The notes: generated by a model from the sequence alone, not told the origin. DNA of 64,000 nt from Spirochaetaceae bacterium (GCA_017622135.1 JAGARR010000053.1:39340-103339); one strand, 5' to 3'; numbered from the stretch's first letter, positions 26,390 to 36,811 are shown. Made by a program: numbers and translations.

Positions 26390-29300
26390 CTACTCCAGTC
26401 TCGTCATCACCTCCACAGTACAGGCGGCGGTGGCCAGATTGATTTCCTCCTCCAACAGCTGCAGCTCCTCGGTGATTTTGGCCATGTGGGCCTGCAGCAC
26501 ATCACGGCGGGAACCATATCCAGAGCTGGCCACCCGCTGGGCCCGCTGCAGGTCAGCTTCCGCAGTCTGGATTTTCAGCCGCTGGTAGTCGATTCTCAGG
26601 CTGGCCATGGTCATGGCGTTTATCTGCCGGGACAGCTCCAGCCTGATGGAGGAGCGGGCCTGCTCCAGGTCGAGCTCCGCATCCCGCAGCTGGGACTGGG
26701 TTCGGCGCAGCTGGTTCAGCTTCTTGCCGCCATCCCAGAGGGTGGTCTTGAGTCTCAGCGAAAGGTTGGCCACCAGATCGGACTTTGGATCTGTCTCTCC
26801 CTTGAACAGCTTTTCCATGTCCCCAGTGAGGCCGAAGGAAATCTGCAGCGCAATGTCTGGCTTGCCGTACATATTGCCGGAGGCAATCTTTCGGCTGAAT
26901 TCCGCCGCATCGTGGAGATTCTGGAGGATTGCAAGGGATTCCTGGGCAGGATTCAAGGCAAGGCTTTCCAGCTGGACGGAATCCTTCTGGGCAAGGGCCA
27001 CAAAATCCTCCCGAAAGGCCTGGGTCTCAGAAATGAAGCCTATCTGCCGTGCCTCCAGCTGTGGCAGCCCTGTCAACTCCCGCAGCTCCAGCAGGATCAC
27101 CTCCTTGTTGTGGCGAACCTGCTGGAGGCTCAGGGGAACCAGGGCCTCCTGCATCCTGGCCTCCAGCACCTCCTGCTCCAGCAGGACTCCTTGAGCCTTG
27201 GCTGCCACCGTCAGCTCCACCAGTTCCCGGGCGTAGGTTTCCTGCTGGGACAACAGCTCCTCCATCTGGAGGAGATACTGGAGCGCCAGCACCTGGGCCT
27301 TGAGGGAGCCACGCTTCTGCTTCCGCAGCGACGAAAGCTGGAGCTGGCGAACCTCCGCCACCGAGGAGTAAATCTTCACGCCGTTGGTGATTTTTCCCCA
27401 GGTAAAGATGGGCTGCTGCAGGTCCAGCTGGAAGGTGTAGCCGAAATTGGGCAGGCCGTCGAATACCTTGAGCTCCTGGTTGGGAATGGGAACCTCCACC
27501 ATCCCGCTCGTAGCAGGATTTGCCACGGGAATGGAGCCAAATTCCCCCACTCCCAGGGTGACCCCCTTGATGAGGGGATTGGCGGTGTAGCTGCCCCCTA
27601 GGGTCAGGTCGATCTTGGGATGGTAGCCGGCCCGTGCATCCTGTACGTCCAGCTGGGCCTGCACCAATGCCTCCCGTGCCTTCCGCAAGTCAGTGTTATT
27701 CAGCTCCAGGGCCGCCAGCAGATCCGTGTAGGAAAGTGGGGTTTGGGCGGCGGATGGCGGAGCGGACAGCAGCAGCAGGGGAATCAACAGCAGCAAGGAC
27801 CGCAGGGTGGCAGCATCCTTTTTCCTTGTCTTTCGGATCACTGTCCGCCGTTCCGTCATGTAGTACAGCACCGGAATGATGAAGAGGGTTATCAGGGTGG
27901 AGGTCAGAAGGCCGCCGGCAATGGCCTGTCCCAGGGGAGCGTAGATTTCCGCCCCCTCGCCCTTCGCCATGGCCATGGGAACCACCCCCAGCATGGTGGT
28001 GAGGGTAGTCATGAATATGGGACGGAGGCGGCTGGCGGAGCCTGCAATGACCCAGTGGCGTAGCCCCTCCTCCGACTCCGCTGTCCCGTCGGCAGCAGAG
28101 CGTTCCCGCAGCAGGTTGATGTAGTCTATCAGGATGATTCCATTGTTCACCACCACACCCCCCAGGGAGATGACCCCCAGCAGAGCCACCAGACTCATGC
28201 TGGAGCGGAACAACAGCAGCCCCAGCACCACGCCGATGAGACAGAAGGGAATAGTGGCCATAACGATGAGGGGCTGTCGGAACCGCTGGAACTGCAGCAC
28301 CATCACGGTGTACACCAAAAACCAGGCGACGGCCAAGGCCGTGATGAGGGAAGGCAGGGATTCACCGATGAGCTCCGTGATGCCGCCAGCCTGGGTGGAG
28401 ACACCTGCTGGCAAGGGATGCTCCTTCAGCCACTGTCCCACCCGGCCATCCACCCCCGATGTATCCTCGGAAATCAAGGTGGCGGACACGGTGACGGTCT
28501 TGGCCCTGTCCGTATGGTTGATCTGGGATATGGTCTGCTCACGGCGAAGCTCGCTGATGTTGGACAGGGCCACCGGAACGCCGGCAGCGGACACAATCCT
28601 GATGGCGTTGAAGTCGTCCATGGTAATCTCCTTGTCCGCCCTGTCGGAATAGAGCCTGATGGTGTACCGGTCGTCTCCGCTACGGAAGCGTCCCACATCC
28701 ATCCCCTGGAAAAGGATGGCGCTGGTGATGCCCGCTTCGTAGCTCGACACACCCAGGGAGCTCATGTACTCATGCACCATGTCCAAGGTCAAAGCCTGGG
28801 TGTCAAAGTCCGTGTCCATCTCCACGCTCACCACCTCCGGATCCTGCTGGAGATAGTCTGAAAAATCGGCGGCCACCTGGTACAGGGACAGCACATCCTC
28901 CCCCACAAAGGTAAGACCGTAGCCACCGCCGCCGGAAACGTAGCCCAACAGCTTGTCAAAGCCACCGTTGGAGACCTTTGCCGTCACGTCGGGGATGGTA
29001 CTGGAAATCAGATACTGCACCTCAAGGATAATCTGGTGGATGTCACGATTCCGCTGGGCCACGGGAGCCAGCACCACATGGATGTAGCCTGCATTGGCCA
29101 CCTCCTGTCCACTGCCCAGAGACTCCTCCAGCCCCACAAAGAACACCGCATCCTGCACCTCCGGCACCGCCTGGTACAACAAATCCGCCACCCGCTCCAT
29201 CTCCGCCCTTGTCCTGGACAGGGGATAACCGCCGGGGAACTGCAGGTTGATGTAGAAGTCGCTGTTGTCCGTGGAAGGCAGGAAGGCCAGTCCTAAGGAT

Positions 29301-30946
29301 CCGAGAATCATCATGGTGGCCACCAGCACCACCACCGCCAAAAATAGGATGAATTTCCAAGAGGTGAGGCTCCAGTCCAGCATCCGGCGGTATTTTTCCT
29401 CGATGGTGGCCATGGTCTTGTCCACCACCAGCCGCAGCCGGGAAAGGCCTCCGGTTCCCCCGCTGTCATCTGGCCTCAGCAGGAGCTTCATCAGGAAGGG
29501 CACAATCACCACGGCAGAAATCAAGGAGGCGGTGAGGGCCATAATGAGGGTCAGGGACACGTCCTTCAGAATCATCCCCACCACACCGGACAGGGCCGCA
29601 ATGGGAACGAAGACCACCACCGTGGTGGCAGTGCTGGCAAAGATGGACAGTCCCACCTCGTCGGCCCCCAGCAGAATGGCATCCTCAGGATTGCCCTCCT
29701 TCTTGTAGTGGCGGAACACCTGCTCGATCATGACGATGGAGCCGTCCACCACCATGCCCAGGGCCACCACCATGCCAGACAGGCTCATGAGGTTGATGGT
29801 GACACCGGTGAGCCGCATGGCAATGAAGGTGAAGAGGATGGACAGGGGAATTGACAGGGCAATGATGAGGGTAGCCCTGAGATTGCCTAGGAACAGGAAG
29901 ATCACCAGCACCGCCATGATAATGCCACCGATGCCGGAAGAAATCACCGTCTTCATGGAGGCGGAGACAATGCGGCTGTCGTCACTGATGGTGTTGAACT
30001 CCAGGGCTCCACTGCTTTCCTGCTGGGCCTGAGCCAGCACCGCCTTCACCTCCCGGGCAATGGCCATGGTGTTGCCATCGCTGCGCTTCATCACCTCCAC
30101 CAGAATCAGGGGCTGGTATCCGTCGGTGACGTGGTGCTTTGGTTCAGGATAGTCGAGGCTCACACTAGCCACATCCTGCAGCCGCACTACAACCCCGTCT
30201 CCAGCGCTACCTACTGGCAGCTGGCGGATGTCATCCAAGGAGGAAAGCTCCCCACGATACCTGATGGCCACCGCCTGCCCCTGCACAATGGCGGAGCCCG
30301 CAGGAAGGAACTGGTTGCCGTACTGCAGGGTCTGGTACACCGTCAGGGCAGACACACCCCTAGCCTCCAGCTGGTCCAGCAGGAGCTCCACCTTCACCTG
30401 CAGCTCCTGTCCGCCGGAGACACTGACGTTGGACACGCCGCTGATGGCCGTCAGCCGGGGACGCAGGGTTTCCTGGATGTAGTCGGTGATGGCTCCCCCA
30501 TCCGAGTCGCCGGAAACGGAGAAGGAGAAGATGGGCAACATCTCGGCTCCCCCCACCAGCACCTCCGGCGTCCCCTGGATTCCCTGGGGCAGATCTGGCA
30601 TGAGCCGGTTGATGCGGTCCCGCACCTCGGTGATGCGGTCGTAGGGATCAATGCCGTCACGAAATGTTATTTCTATAGTACTGAATGAATTGGATGATGA
30701 ACTGGAAACCGACTTAAAGTCTGGTAGGGTGACAAAGTTATCCTCCAGTACGCTGGTGACATCGGCCTCCACATCCTCCGCATCGGCGCCGGGGTAAATG
30801 GACACCACGATGACGGTGGGAGCCGAAACATCCCCCATAAACTCGATGTTGATGGAGGAAAGAGCCAAGGCACCGAATACCCCCAGCACAATCAGAAGCA
30901 TTCCGATGACCACCGGATGGCGGACAGCAAAGTGGGACAGTTTCAC
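26390..30946 (-). CDS. RND efflux permease (residues 1 to about 1029) fused in frame to a TolC-family outer-membrane factor (residues about 1030-1518)
   Basis: A single uninterrupted 1518-aa ORF. The N-terminal 1029 aa are AcrB-like with 12 TM segments. Next comes MTERRTVIRKTRKKDAATLRSLLLLIPLLLLSAPPSAAQ, then TolC-type repeats (YTDLLAALELNNTDLRKAREALVQAQLDVQDARAGYHPKIDL...). Confidence 0.85.
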   Translation of the reverse strand: MKLSHFAVRHPVVIGMLLIVLGVFGALALSSINIEFMGDVSAPTVIVVSIYPGADAEDVEADVTSVLEDNFVTLPDFKSVSSSSSNSFSTIEITFRDGIDPYDRITEVRDRINRLMPDLPQGIQGTPEVLVGGAEMLPIFSFSVSGDSDGGAITDYIQETLRPRLTAISGVSNVSVSGGQELQVKVELLLDQLEARGVSALTVYQTLQYGNQFLPAGSAIVQGQAVAIRYRGELSSLDDIRQLPVGSAGDGVVVRLQDVASVSLDYPEPKHHVTDGYQPLILVEVMKRSDGNTMAIAREVKAVLAQAQQESSGALEFNTISDDSRIVSASMKTVISSGIGGIIMAVLVIFLFLGNLRATLIIALSIPLSILFTFIAMRLTGVTINLMSLSGMVVALGMVVDGSIVMIEQVFRHYKKEGNPEDAILLGADEVGLSIFASTATTVVVFVPIAALSGVVGMILKDVSLTLIMALTASLISAVVIVPFLMKLLLRPDDSGGTGGLSRLRLVVDKTMATIEEKYRRMLDWSLTSWKFILFLAVVVLVATMMILGSLGLAFLPSTDNSDFYINLQFPGGYPLSRTRAEMERVADLLYQAVPEVQDAVFFVGLEESLGSGQEVANAGYIHVVLAPVAQRNRDIHQIILEVQYLISSTIPDVTAKVSNGGFDKLLGYVSGGGGYGLTFVGEDVLSLYQVAADFSDYLQQDPEVVSVEMDTDFDTQALTLDMVHEYMSSLGVSSYEAGITSAILFQGMDVGRFRSGDDRYTIRLYSDRADKEITMDDFNAIRIVSAAGVPVALSNISELRREQTISQINHTDRAKTVTVSATLISEDTSGVDGRVGQWLKEHPLPAGVSTQAGGITELIGESLPSLITALAVAWFLVYTVMVLQFQRFRQPLIVMATIPFCLIGVVLGLLLFRSSMSLVALLGVISLGGVVVNNGIILIDYINLLRERSAADGTAESEEGLRHWVIAGSASRLRPIFMTTLTTMLGVVPMAMAKGEGAEIYAPLGQAIAGGLLTSTLITLFIIPVLYYMTERRTVIRKTRKKDAATLRSLLLLIPLLLLSAPPSAAQTPLSYTDLLAALELNNTDLRKAREALVQAQLDVQDARAGYHPKIDLTLGGSYTANPLIKGVTLGVGEFGSIPVANPATSGMVEVPIPNQELKVFDGLPNFGYTFQLDLQQPIFTWGKITNGVKIYSSVAEVRQLQLSSLRKQKRGSLKAQVLALQYLLQMEELLSQQETYARELVELTVAAKAQGVLLEQEVLEARMQEALVPLSLQQVRHNKEVILLELRELTGLPQLEARQIGFISETQAFREDFVALAQKDSVQLESLALNPAQESLAILQNLHDAAEFSRKIASGNMYGKPDIALQISFGLTGDMEKLFKGETDPKSDLVANLSLRLKTTLWDGGKKLNQLRRTQSQLRDAELDLEQARSSIRLELSRQINAMTMASLRIDYQRLKIQTAEADLQRAQRVASSGYGSRRDVLQAHMAKITEELQLLEEEINLATAACTVEVMTRLE

Positions 30947-32115
30947 GGCACCGGCTCCCCTTTTTGGGATGCACCCTCCAACTCTTGGGCAGCACCTTCT
31001 CCCTGCCAGCTTACAGGCTGCCAGTCAAGCTCCTCCCAGCTGGCATCCACCAACTGACCAGACAGCAGACTTCCCTGGCCCGCCACCACAAAGGCTTCTT
31101 GGCTGTATTCCTCCGGCACCATAATCCAGTGGCTGTCCCTCAGCGGGGAATCCAACTGCACCAGGCGGGCCACGCCGGGAGTCCTCCCCTCCGATGCCAG
31201 GGACTCACCCTCCGTCGCCTCGAACCGGTAGAGGCCTCCATCCTTGGTGAGGGCTGTCACCGGCAGCAAGGCAACCTCTTGATGGGAAGCGAACACCACC
31301 TCCACCCGCCCAAACATTCCGGGACTGAAGTCCTCAATAGCCGCCGAGTCCAGCTTGAACACCGTCTCGAAGGTTTTGGACGCACCGTCAATGTAGGGAG
31401 CCATGGTGTCCACCACGGCCTCCACCACCGCTCCCGACTCAGGCCGCATGACAATGGCCCGAAGCTGGTGGCGGTTCTGGGCAAAGAGGGAAAAATATTT
31501 TTCTGGCACGTCAAGGCGCACCACCAGGTCCGACAAATCCGCCACCACCGCCACCGGTTGGGGGGCGGCAGCCACACTTCCCACCGACAGGGGAGCGGCC
31601 AAAATTGTCCCTGCCACTGGAGAGGACACCGACGCATAGCCCAGCTGCAACACCGCCAAGTCATACTGGGCCTTGGCCGCATCCCGCTGGGACTTGAGGG
31701 TGTCATACTCCTGACGAGTGGCGGCCCCTGCCTGGTACAGTCCCTCCACCCGACGGAAGCTGCTTTCGTAGCCAGTATAGGCCGCCTGAGCCTGGAGCAT
31801 CTGCTGGCGGAAGGGCTCCGGGTCGATTTGAGCCAGCAACTGCCCCTCCTCCACCGATTCACCGGCCCGGGCGGGATAGTCCAGAATCGTGCCACTCACC
31901 AAGGGAATCACCGGAATCATGGAACGGGCCTCCACGTGGCCGTTTAGGGTCAGGCTCTCTGTCATGGTTCCCCGAACTGGATAGGCCACCGTCACCGCAG
32001 GCCGAGGGAGGGTATAGGATACCTCCTTCCCTCCGCCAAAGAAACGTACTGCCAGCACCACCACCACGGCAGCAACTACCACAAGAATGTACTTTAGAAC
32101 GCCGCTTTTTTTCAT
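30943..32115 (-). CDS. RND efflux periplasmic adaptor (membrane fusion protein, HlyD family)
   Basis: 390 aa with an N-terminal anchor, a lipoyl/hairpin pattern (GQLLAQIDPEPFRQQMLQAQAAY...) and a 4-nt overlap with the RND gene. Confidence 0.88.
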   Translation of the reverse strand: MKKSGVLKYILVVVAAVVVVLAVRFFGGGKEVSYTLPRPAVTVAYPVRGTMTESLTLNGHVEARSMIPVIPLVSGTILDYPARAGESVEEGQLLAQIDPEPFRQQMLQAQAAYTGYESSFRRVEGLYQAGAATRQEYDTLKSQRDAAKAQYDLAVLQLGYASVSSPVAGTILAAPLSVGSVAAAPQPVAVVADLSDLVVRLDVPEKYFSLFAQNRHQLRAIVMRPESGAVVEAVVDTMAPYIDGASKTFETVFKLDSAAIEDFSPGMFGRVEVVFASHQEVALLPVTALTKDGGLYRFEATEGESLASEGRTPGVARLVQLDSPLRDSHWIMVPEEYSQEAFVVAGQGSLLSGQLVDASWEELDWQPVSWQGEGAAQELEGASQKGEPVP

Positions 32116-32410
32116 ACCAATCCTTCTTTTTTAGTATAAGAATGGAGTCAATTCCTTGTCAACAAAGAAAAACCACTGCCGCAATTAAGCCACAGCATTT
32201 TTAGACAGGTTCTCCACAGTGAGCAAAGTCAAAACGAGACATTTCGCCGTCATTCATTTCCCACTGATTTAAAAATTCTCCTGGCATGAGACAACATGGC
32301 AATGGTCTTCTCCAGAAACAGCGCATCCTCATCAAAATAATAGAAATGGTGGATTCCGGCCTTCCGCTATCTACAGAAAGCCCTCTATGGTCAAGTTTTG
32401 AACTGGATTT

Positions 32411-32447
32411 AAAAATAAAAAAAGGCAACTCATTTCTGAGTTGCCTT
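32411..32447 (-). terminator. Rho-independent terminator after tRNA-Leu
   Basis: Minus strand AAGGCAACTCA-GAAA-TGAGTTGCCTT followed by TTTTTATTTTT. Confidence 0.7.
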
Positions 32448-32531
32448 TGCCCGGAACAAGACTTGAACTTGCACACCCTTACGAGCTCTAGTACCTGAAA
32501 CTAGCGTGTCTACCAATTCCACCATCCGGGC
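32448..32531 (-). tRNA. tRNA-Leu (anticodon CAG)
   Basis: 84-nt class II tRNA folded by hand. Acceptor GCCCGGA/TCCGGGC, anticodon arm CTAGT-TTCAGGT-ACTAG, long variable arm, T loop TTCAAGT, discriminator A. Confidence 0.9.
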
Positions 32532-32624
32532 TTGTTAATGAACATATAGTATCATCAATCAATATATTTGTCAACAGGAAAAACATATTTTTTGAAAAAA
32601 TACCCTTCTCGCTAACCTGCAAGT

Positions 32625-32975
32625 TTACCGCAGCACCTCGCCCTTGTGCCACAGCTTCTCCAGCTCGTAGAATTCCCGGGCACCTTCGGACATCAGGTGC
32701 ACCACGACAGTGCCAATGTCGATGAGATTCCAGTCATCACCGTCAGAGGTCTTTTTATTGGTGATGTGAATCTCCATGTCATTGTCCCGGACATAGTCCT
32801 TCACCAGCTTGTACAAGCCCTTCCAATGGACGGAACTATTTACCGTTACAATAACAAAATAATCTGTCCAGCTGTTGAGCTGGGACACATCGATGACAGT
32901 AACGTCACGTCCCTTTCCGTCATCCATCAGCTGGGCAATTTCCAGCGCCTTTTCCTTTTCACTCTTCATTTCCAC
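32625..32975 (-). CDS. rsfS: Ribosome silencing factor RsfS
   Basis: 116 aa. DYFVIVTVNSSVH...DWNLIDIGTVVVHLM...REFYELEKLW is the iojap/RsfS signature. Confidence 0.9.
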   Translation of the reverse strand: MEMKSEKEKALEIAQLMDDGKGRDVTVIDVSQLNSWTDYFVIVTVNSSVHWKGLYKLVKDYVRDNDMEIHITNKKTSDGDDWNLIDIGTVVVHLMSEGAREFYELEKLWHKGEVLR

Positions 32976-32980
32976 CTCGC

Positions 32981-34183
32981 TTACCGCACATAGCGGCCGT
33001 CAAAATCCTTTCCAAGAATAATTGTAAAGTCAACACGGGATTCCGCTTCCATTCCAGCACTCTCCGGCAGAATCTCCTCCGTTATTATATTTTTACAACT
33101 AATTATATCGCCTAAATTTTTGGCAACCTCATCATTGCCAATATGATTGATAATCACCGTCTCCTGGTAGTCGTTCCTGTCGGCGTTGACAGAGCTCAAC
33201 ACATCGAATCCAAAGCCCTGCAACAGGATGGAGGTATTCCGTGCCAGCCCCTGTACAGTGGTTCCATTTTGAACTTCAAGTACATAAATTCGGTCATAGA
33301 TGGTGTCCACCGCAGAAACCAGGGAGCTCACCGTCTGCTTGAACAGGTCCTTCACCAGTTCCCCGTCGTAGTGGGGAAACAGCAGGGACTTGTCGTCAAC
33401 AGTCCTGACAGAGCCAGTGATGCTTCTGGGAGCCAGCCGCTCGGAATCAACACGGGACACCGTCTCCAGCACAATCCGCAGGTCCTTGTCCTCCAGGTTG
33501 CTGGAAAGGAGTCTGCTGTAATGCTTGAAATTCTCCTCCAGGAACATGGTGGAAAGATTCTTGTTCAGGGCAGCCAAGAAGGCTACCATCACGTTCTGGT
33601 ACCTGTCCTGCACCTCACCGGAACTCTCCTCCGGCGACTGATAGTACAGATAGGTCACCACCTTGTCGCCATCAAGATTGTTCACCCCGGAGGGCAGCAG
33701 CCAGCGGCTGCCATTGTCCGCCTGAATGTCCACGGGATAGGGCACAAAGATTCTCAGGCCACCCAGCAAGTCGGTCATGGTACTGAAGTCATCCACAGAG
33801 CAGACAATGGAGAAAGGAATGGTCTGCCCAGAAAGGGTCTCTATCTCCTTGCGGTAGGCATCGATTCCCTTCTCGTGGTAGACGGCGTCAATGCGGTCTA
33901 CCCTTCCCAAACTGCTGTAAATGGCGCCGGTATTTCCCGGAATATTGAACAAGGCTCCTCGTCCAGACACCGGATAATAGATGAATACATCGGTGAACAG
34001 AACCTTCTCATCATCCTCCAGCACAAAGAGAATCTTGATTGGCTCCTCATTTTCGATTATCACTTCCACAGGATTAACCTGCAGGGCAGACACAATGACG
34101 ATGGAAGTGATGATGATAATCAGGAAGACCAACAGCAAGAAGATCATACTCTTCTCCAGTCCTCCCCCTCTTCTGTTTCTCAT
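32981..34183 (-). CDS. LytR-CpsA-Psr (LCP) family protein
   Basis: 400 aa with an N-terminal TM anchor and an LCP core (ILFVLEDD...ALFNIPGNT...VDRIDAVY...DDFSTMTDLLGGLRIFVP). Confidence 0.85.
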   Translation of the reverse strand: MRNRRGGGLEKSMIFLLLVFLIIIITSIVIVSALQVNPVEVIIENEEPIKILFVLEDDEKVLFTDVFIYYPVSGRGALFNIPGNTGAIYSSLGRVDRIDAVYHEKGIDAYRKEIETLSGQTIPFSIVCSVDDFSTMTDLLGGLRIFVPYPVDIQADNGSRWLLPSGVNNLDGDKVVTYLYYQSPEESSGEVQDRYQNVMVAFLAALNKNLSTMFLEENFKHYSRLLSSNLEDKDLRIVLETVSRVDSERLAPRSITGSVRTVDDKSLLFPHYDGELVKDLFKQTVSSLVSAVDTIYDRIYVLEVQNGTTVQGLARNTSILLQGFGFDVLSSVNADRNDYQETVIINHIGNDEVAKNLGDIISCKNIITEEILPESAGMEAESRVDFTIILGKDFDGRYVR

Positions 34184-34749
34184 TTCTTCTCCAAAAACGA
34201 AAGCAGCTGCAGAGAAGCAGGCGCAATCTTCTTGCCCCTGGCCCGCAAATAACCCACATTTTCTTTCAGCACAAAAAGAAAAACCTCATCCAGTCCCATG
34301 GCGTAGGCTCGGTCTAGATATGCTGCCGTCACATGGGATCGACCCGGCTCTATCTTGTCCGCCACGTAGAGCACCTTCGACAGATTCCCCATGTCAAGGG
34401 CACCAAAGGTATGAAGCCGCACCGCCTCAAGAATGTCCTCATCCTCCACCGAAAAATCCTTCCGTAGAACAGTGGCGGCGGCCCTCCCGTGAAGGAGACT
34501 GGGCTTGTCCTCCTCAAGCTTGGAGACAGGCCCTCCATCCAGTGCTGCCAGAGACAAAACCAGCGGCCCCTTCATTTCCTTGCAGATGTCATGGGCAATA
34601 CCGGCAAAGTACCCCCTCTGAGGATCAAGACCGTGGATACCGCAAAGCTTCTCCGCAGTCTGGGCTACCCGCACCGAGTGCTCGTAGCGACTTTGGGACA
34701 CCATGGCAAGAGCATATTTTCGTACACGTTCAGTCAGCTGTGCATCCAT
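34180..34749 (-). CDS. yqeK: HD-domain bis(5'-nucleosyl)-tetraphosphatase YqeK
   Basis: Start taken at ATG 34749 (MDAQLTERVRKYA...SRYEHSVRVA...AGIAHDICKE). Conserved position after nadD. Confidence 0.85.
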   Translation of the reverse strand: MDAQLTERVRKYALAMVSQSRYEHSVRVAQTAEKLCGIHGLDPQRGYFAGIAHDICKEMKGPLVLSLAALDGGPVSKLEEDKPSLLHGRAAATVLRKDFSVEDEDILEAVRLHTFGALDMGNLSKVLYVADKIEPGRSHVTAAYLDRAYAMGLDEVFLFVLKENVGYLRARGKKIAPASLQLLSFLEKK

Positions 34750-35329
34750 ACAAGTTTCCTTGTATAATATAGCGATAAACAGATTCTGGAACAAGATACC
34801 GCCAAGAGCCGCCATCCCCATTCCTAGCCCTGCGAATCTGACTGGAGGAGACTGGCAGGATACCGTTGTCCAGCTCAATGTGACGATAGGGAAACTCCTT
34901 GCGCACAGTCCCATCCCAGCAAATGCGTCGGGCAAGGATAATGTCAGCAAGCTCAGGCAGCTCCTGATAATGGCCCCACTCCTCAAAGCCTTCCACCAGG
35001 TCATCCCCCATGATCAGACCAATCTTGCCCTCCAGCTGGCCGGCATATTTCCCTTTCAAACAAGAAATCGTATCATACGTGTATGAAATGCCGCCCCTCT
35101 CCAGCTCGCAGGTGTCCACCGCAAAGCGGGAATTTCCTGCAATGGACAGCCGCACCATCTCCAAACGCTGTTCCGAGGTGGCTCCATCAGCCAGCTCCTT
35201 GTGGGGAGGAAGGTTCACCGGCACAAAAAGCACCTTGTCATAGGCCAACCGATGGCATACCTCGTCAGCCAGCAGGAGATGTCCTATGTGGATGGGGTTG
35301 AAGCTTCCCCCCAGCATGGCCAGCCGCAT
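34730..35329 (-). CDS. nadD: Nicotinate-nucleotide adenylyltransferase
   Basis: GGSFNPIHIGHLLLA (HxGH motif) and a C-terminal SSSQIR. Confidence 0.92.
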   Translation of the reverse strand: MRLAMLGGSFNPIHIGHLLLADEVCHRLAYDKVLFVPVNLPPHKELADGATSEQRLEMVRLSIAGNSRFAVDTCELERGGISYTYDTISCLKGKYAGQLEGKIGLIMGDDLVEGFEEWGHYQELPELADIILARRICWDGTVRKEFPYRHIELDNGILPVSSSQIRRARNGDGGSWRYLVPESVYRYIIQGNLYGCTAD

Positions 35330-35331
35330 AC

Positions 35332-36477
35332 CTACTCCTCTGAATCGTCGCTGCCGGGATACTGAATGGGATACACATCACAGACGGAACGGCTCTTCAG
35401 AAACTCAGACTTTGCATCCTTCTCCGTCGCAACGGGCTTACCTGTGGTGGTGCTCTTGTAGCCACCAGCCTCCATCCGCTGAACCAGCGCCAGAATCTCC
35501 CGTCGCACCTGGTCCAAGCCAGTGCGGGAAAAGATTGACAGGGGAATCACCACCTGCTCTGGCTCCTTCTGATGGATGGACTGCTCAATCATCTTGGCCC
35601 GCTCAGGAGCCCCCTCCGTATCCATCTTGTTGCAGAGAATCAAGCGGGGCTTCCGTGCCAATTCCTGGGAAAAATTCTCCAGCTCCGACTGCAGGGTGTC
35701 GTAGGCGGTGAGACAGTCGTCGTCGGAGCAGTCGATCATGAACAAGAGGCCCGCCGTGCGGGAAATGTGCTTCAAGAACCTGATTCCCAGCCCCGCACCC
35801 TGGGAAGCCCCCTCAATAATGCCGGGAATGTCTGCGATGATGATGTCCCGCTCCGCATCGGCGTGGAGCACCCCAAGGTTCGGAATCTTTGTGGTAAAGG
35901 GATAGGGAGCGATTTTGGGGCGGGCATTGGTGAACAGGTCCAGCAGGGATGACTTTCCCGCATTGGGGAATCCCACCAGTCCCACGTCGGCCATAATGCT
36001 CAGCTCCACCCGCAGACGGCGAACCTCACCGGGCTTTCCCTCCAAGGCAATGCGGGGTGCCTGGTTGGTGGAGGACTTGAAGTGGGTGTTTCCCCAGCCG
36101 CCATTGCCGCCCTCCAGAAACACAAACAGCTCGTCCTCAGCCTCCGTGGTAAACTCACGGATGAGCTCACCGGTGTCGTAGTCAAAGAGGGAGGTTCCCG
36201 GCGGCACGGGAATCACCACGTCGTCACCGTTCTTTCCAAACCGGTTGGCGCCCTCCCCGTCACCACCATTGCGAGCCTTGAACACCTGCTTGTACCGCAG
36301 GTGGGCCAGAGTCCGAAGGTTCCGCTTCACATGGAACACCACACTGCCACCCTTTCCACCATCTCCACCAGCGGGTCCACCCATGGGAACATACTTTTCT
36401 CGACGGAAGGCAACACAACCGTTGCCCCCCTTCCCGGAACGCACCTCGATTACCGCTTCATCTGCAAATTGAATCAC
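35332..36477 (-). CDS. obg: GTPase Obg/CgtA
   Basis: IQFADEAVIEVRSGKGGNGCVAFRREKY (glycine-rich Obg fold), then G1 GFPNAGKSS and G3 DIPG. Start placed at GTG 36477 after GGTGAG. The longer track ORF overlaps rpmA. Confidence 0.92.
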   Translation of the reverse strand: MIQFADEAVIEVRSGKGGNGCVAFRREKYVPMGGPAGGDGGKGGSVVFHVKRNLRTLAHLRYKQVFKARNGGDGEGANRFGKNGDDVVIPVPPGTSLFDYDTGELIREFTTEAEDELFVFLEGGNGGWGNTHFKSSTNQAPRIALEGKPGEVRRLRVELSIMADVGLVGFPNAGKSSLLDLFTNARPKIAPYPFTTKIPNLGVLHADAERDIIIADIPGIIEGASQGAGLGIRFLKHISRTAGLLFMIDCSDDDCLTAYDTLQSELENFSQELARKPRLILCNKMDTEGAPERAKMIEQSIHQKEPEQVVIPLSIFSRTGLDQVRREILALVQRMEAGGYKSTTTGKPVATEKDAKSEFLKSRSVCDVYPIQYPGSDDSEE

Positions 36478-36553
36478 AATCTCACCTATAAAAATACCCG
36501 AAGAAGGACAAGCCTGCTTCGGGTACGTAATCAACAAACAAACGTAAAATGAC

Positions 36554-36811
36554 TTATGCCTCAACTGGTGCAATGGAAGCAAGCTTGCGTCCCTTGCGCT
36601 CGTGGTACACCACCGTTCCTGTGGCTGTAGCAAAGAGGGTGTCATCCTTTCCCCTTCCTACATTCTCACCGGGATGAATCTTTGTACCCCGCTGGCGAAC
36701 CAAGATTGATCCTGCAGGAACAAGCTCTCCGCCATACACCTTCACACCAAGATATTTAGGATTTGAGTCACGACCATTCTTTGCGCCGCTACCACCCTTC
36801 TTACGTCCCAT
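36554..36811 (-). CDS. rpmA: 50S ribosomal protein L27
   Basis: [24 protein letters not shown]...VRQRGTK. GGAGGA upstream. No N-terminal propeptide. Confidence 0.95.
   Translation of the reverse strand: MGRKKGGSGAKNGRDSNPKYLGVKVYGGELVPAGSILVRQRGTKIHPGENVGRGKDDTLFATATGTVVYHERKGRKLASIAPVEA

Noticed and set aside
32201-32498. ORFs of 91 aa (minus strand) and 70 aa (plus strand) in the gap between the MFP gene and rsfS.
   Set aside because: Both overlap tRNA-Leu(CAG) and its terminator, and neither has recognisable protein features.
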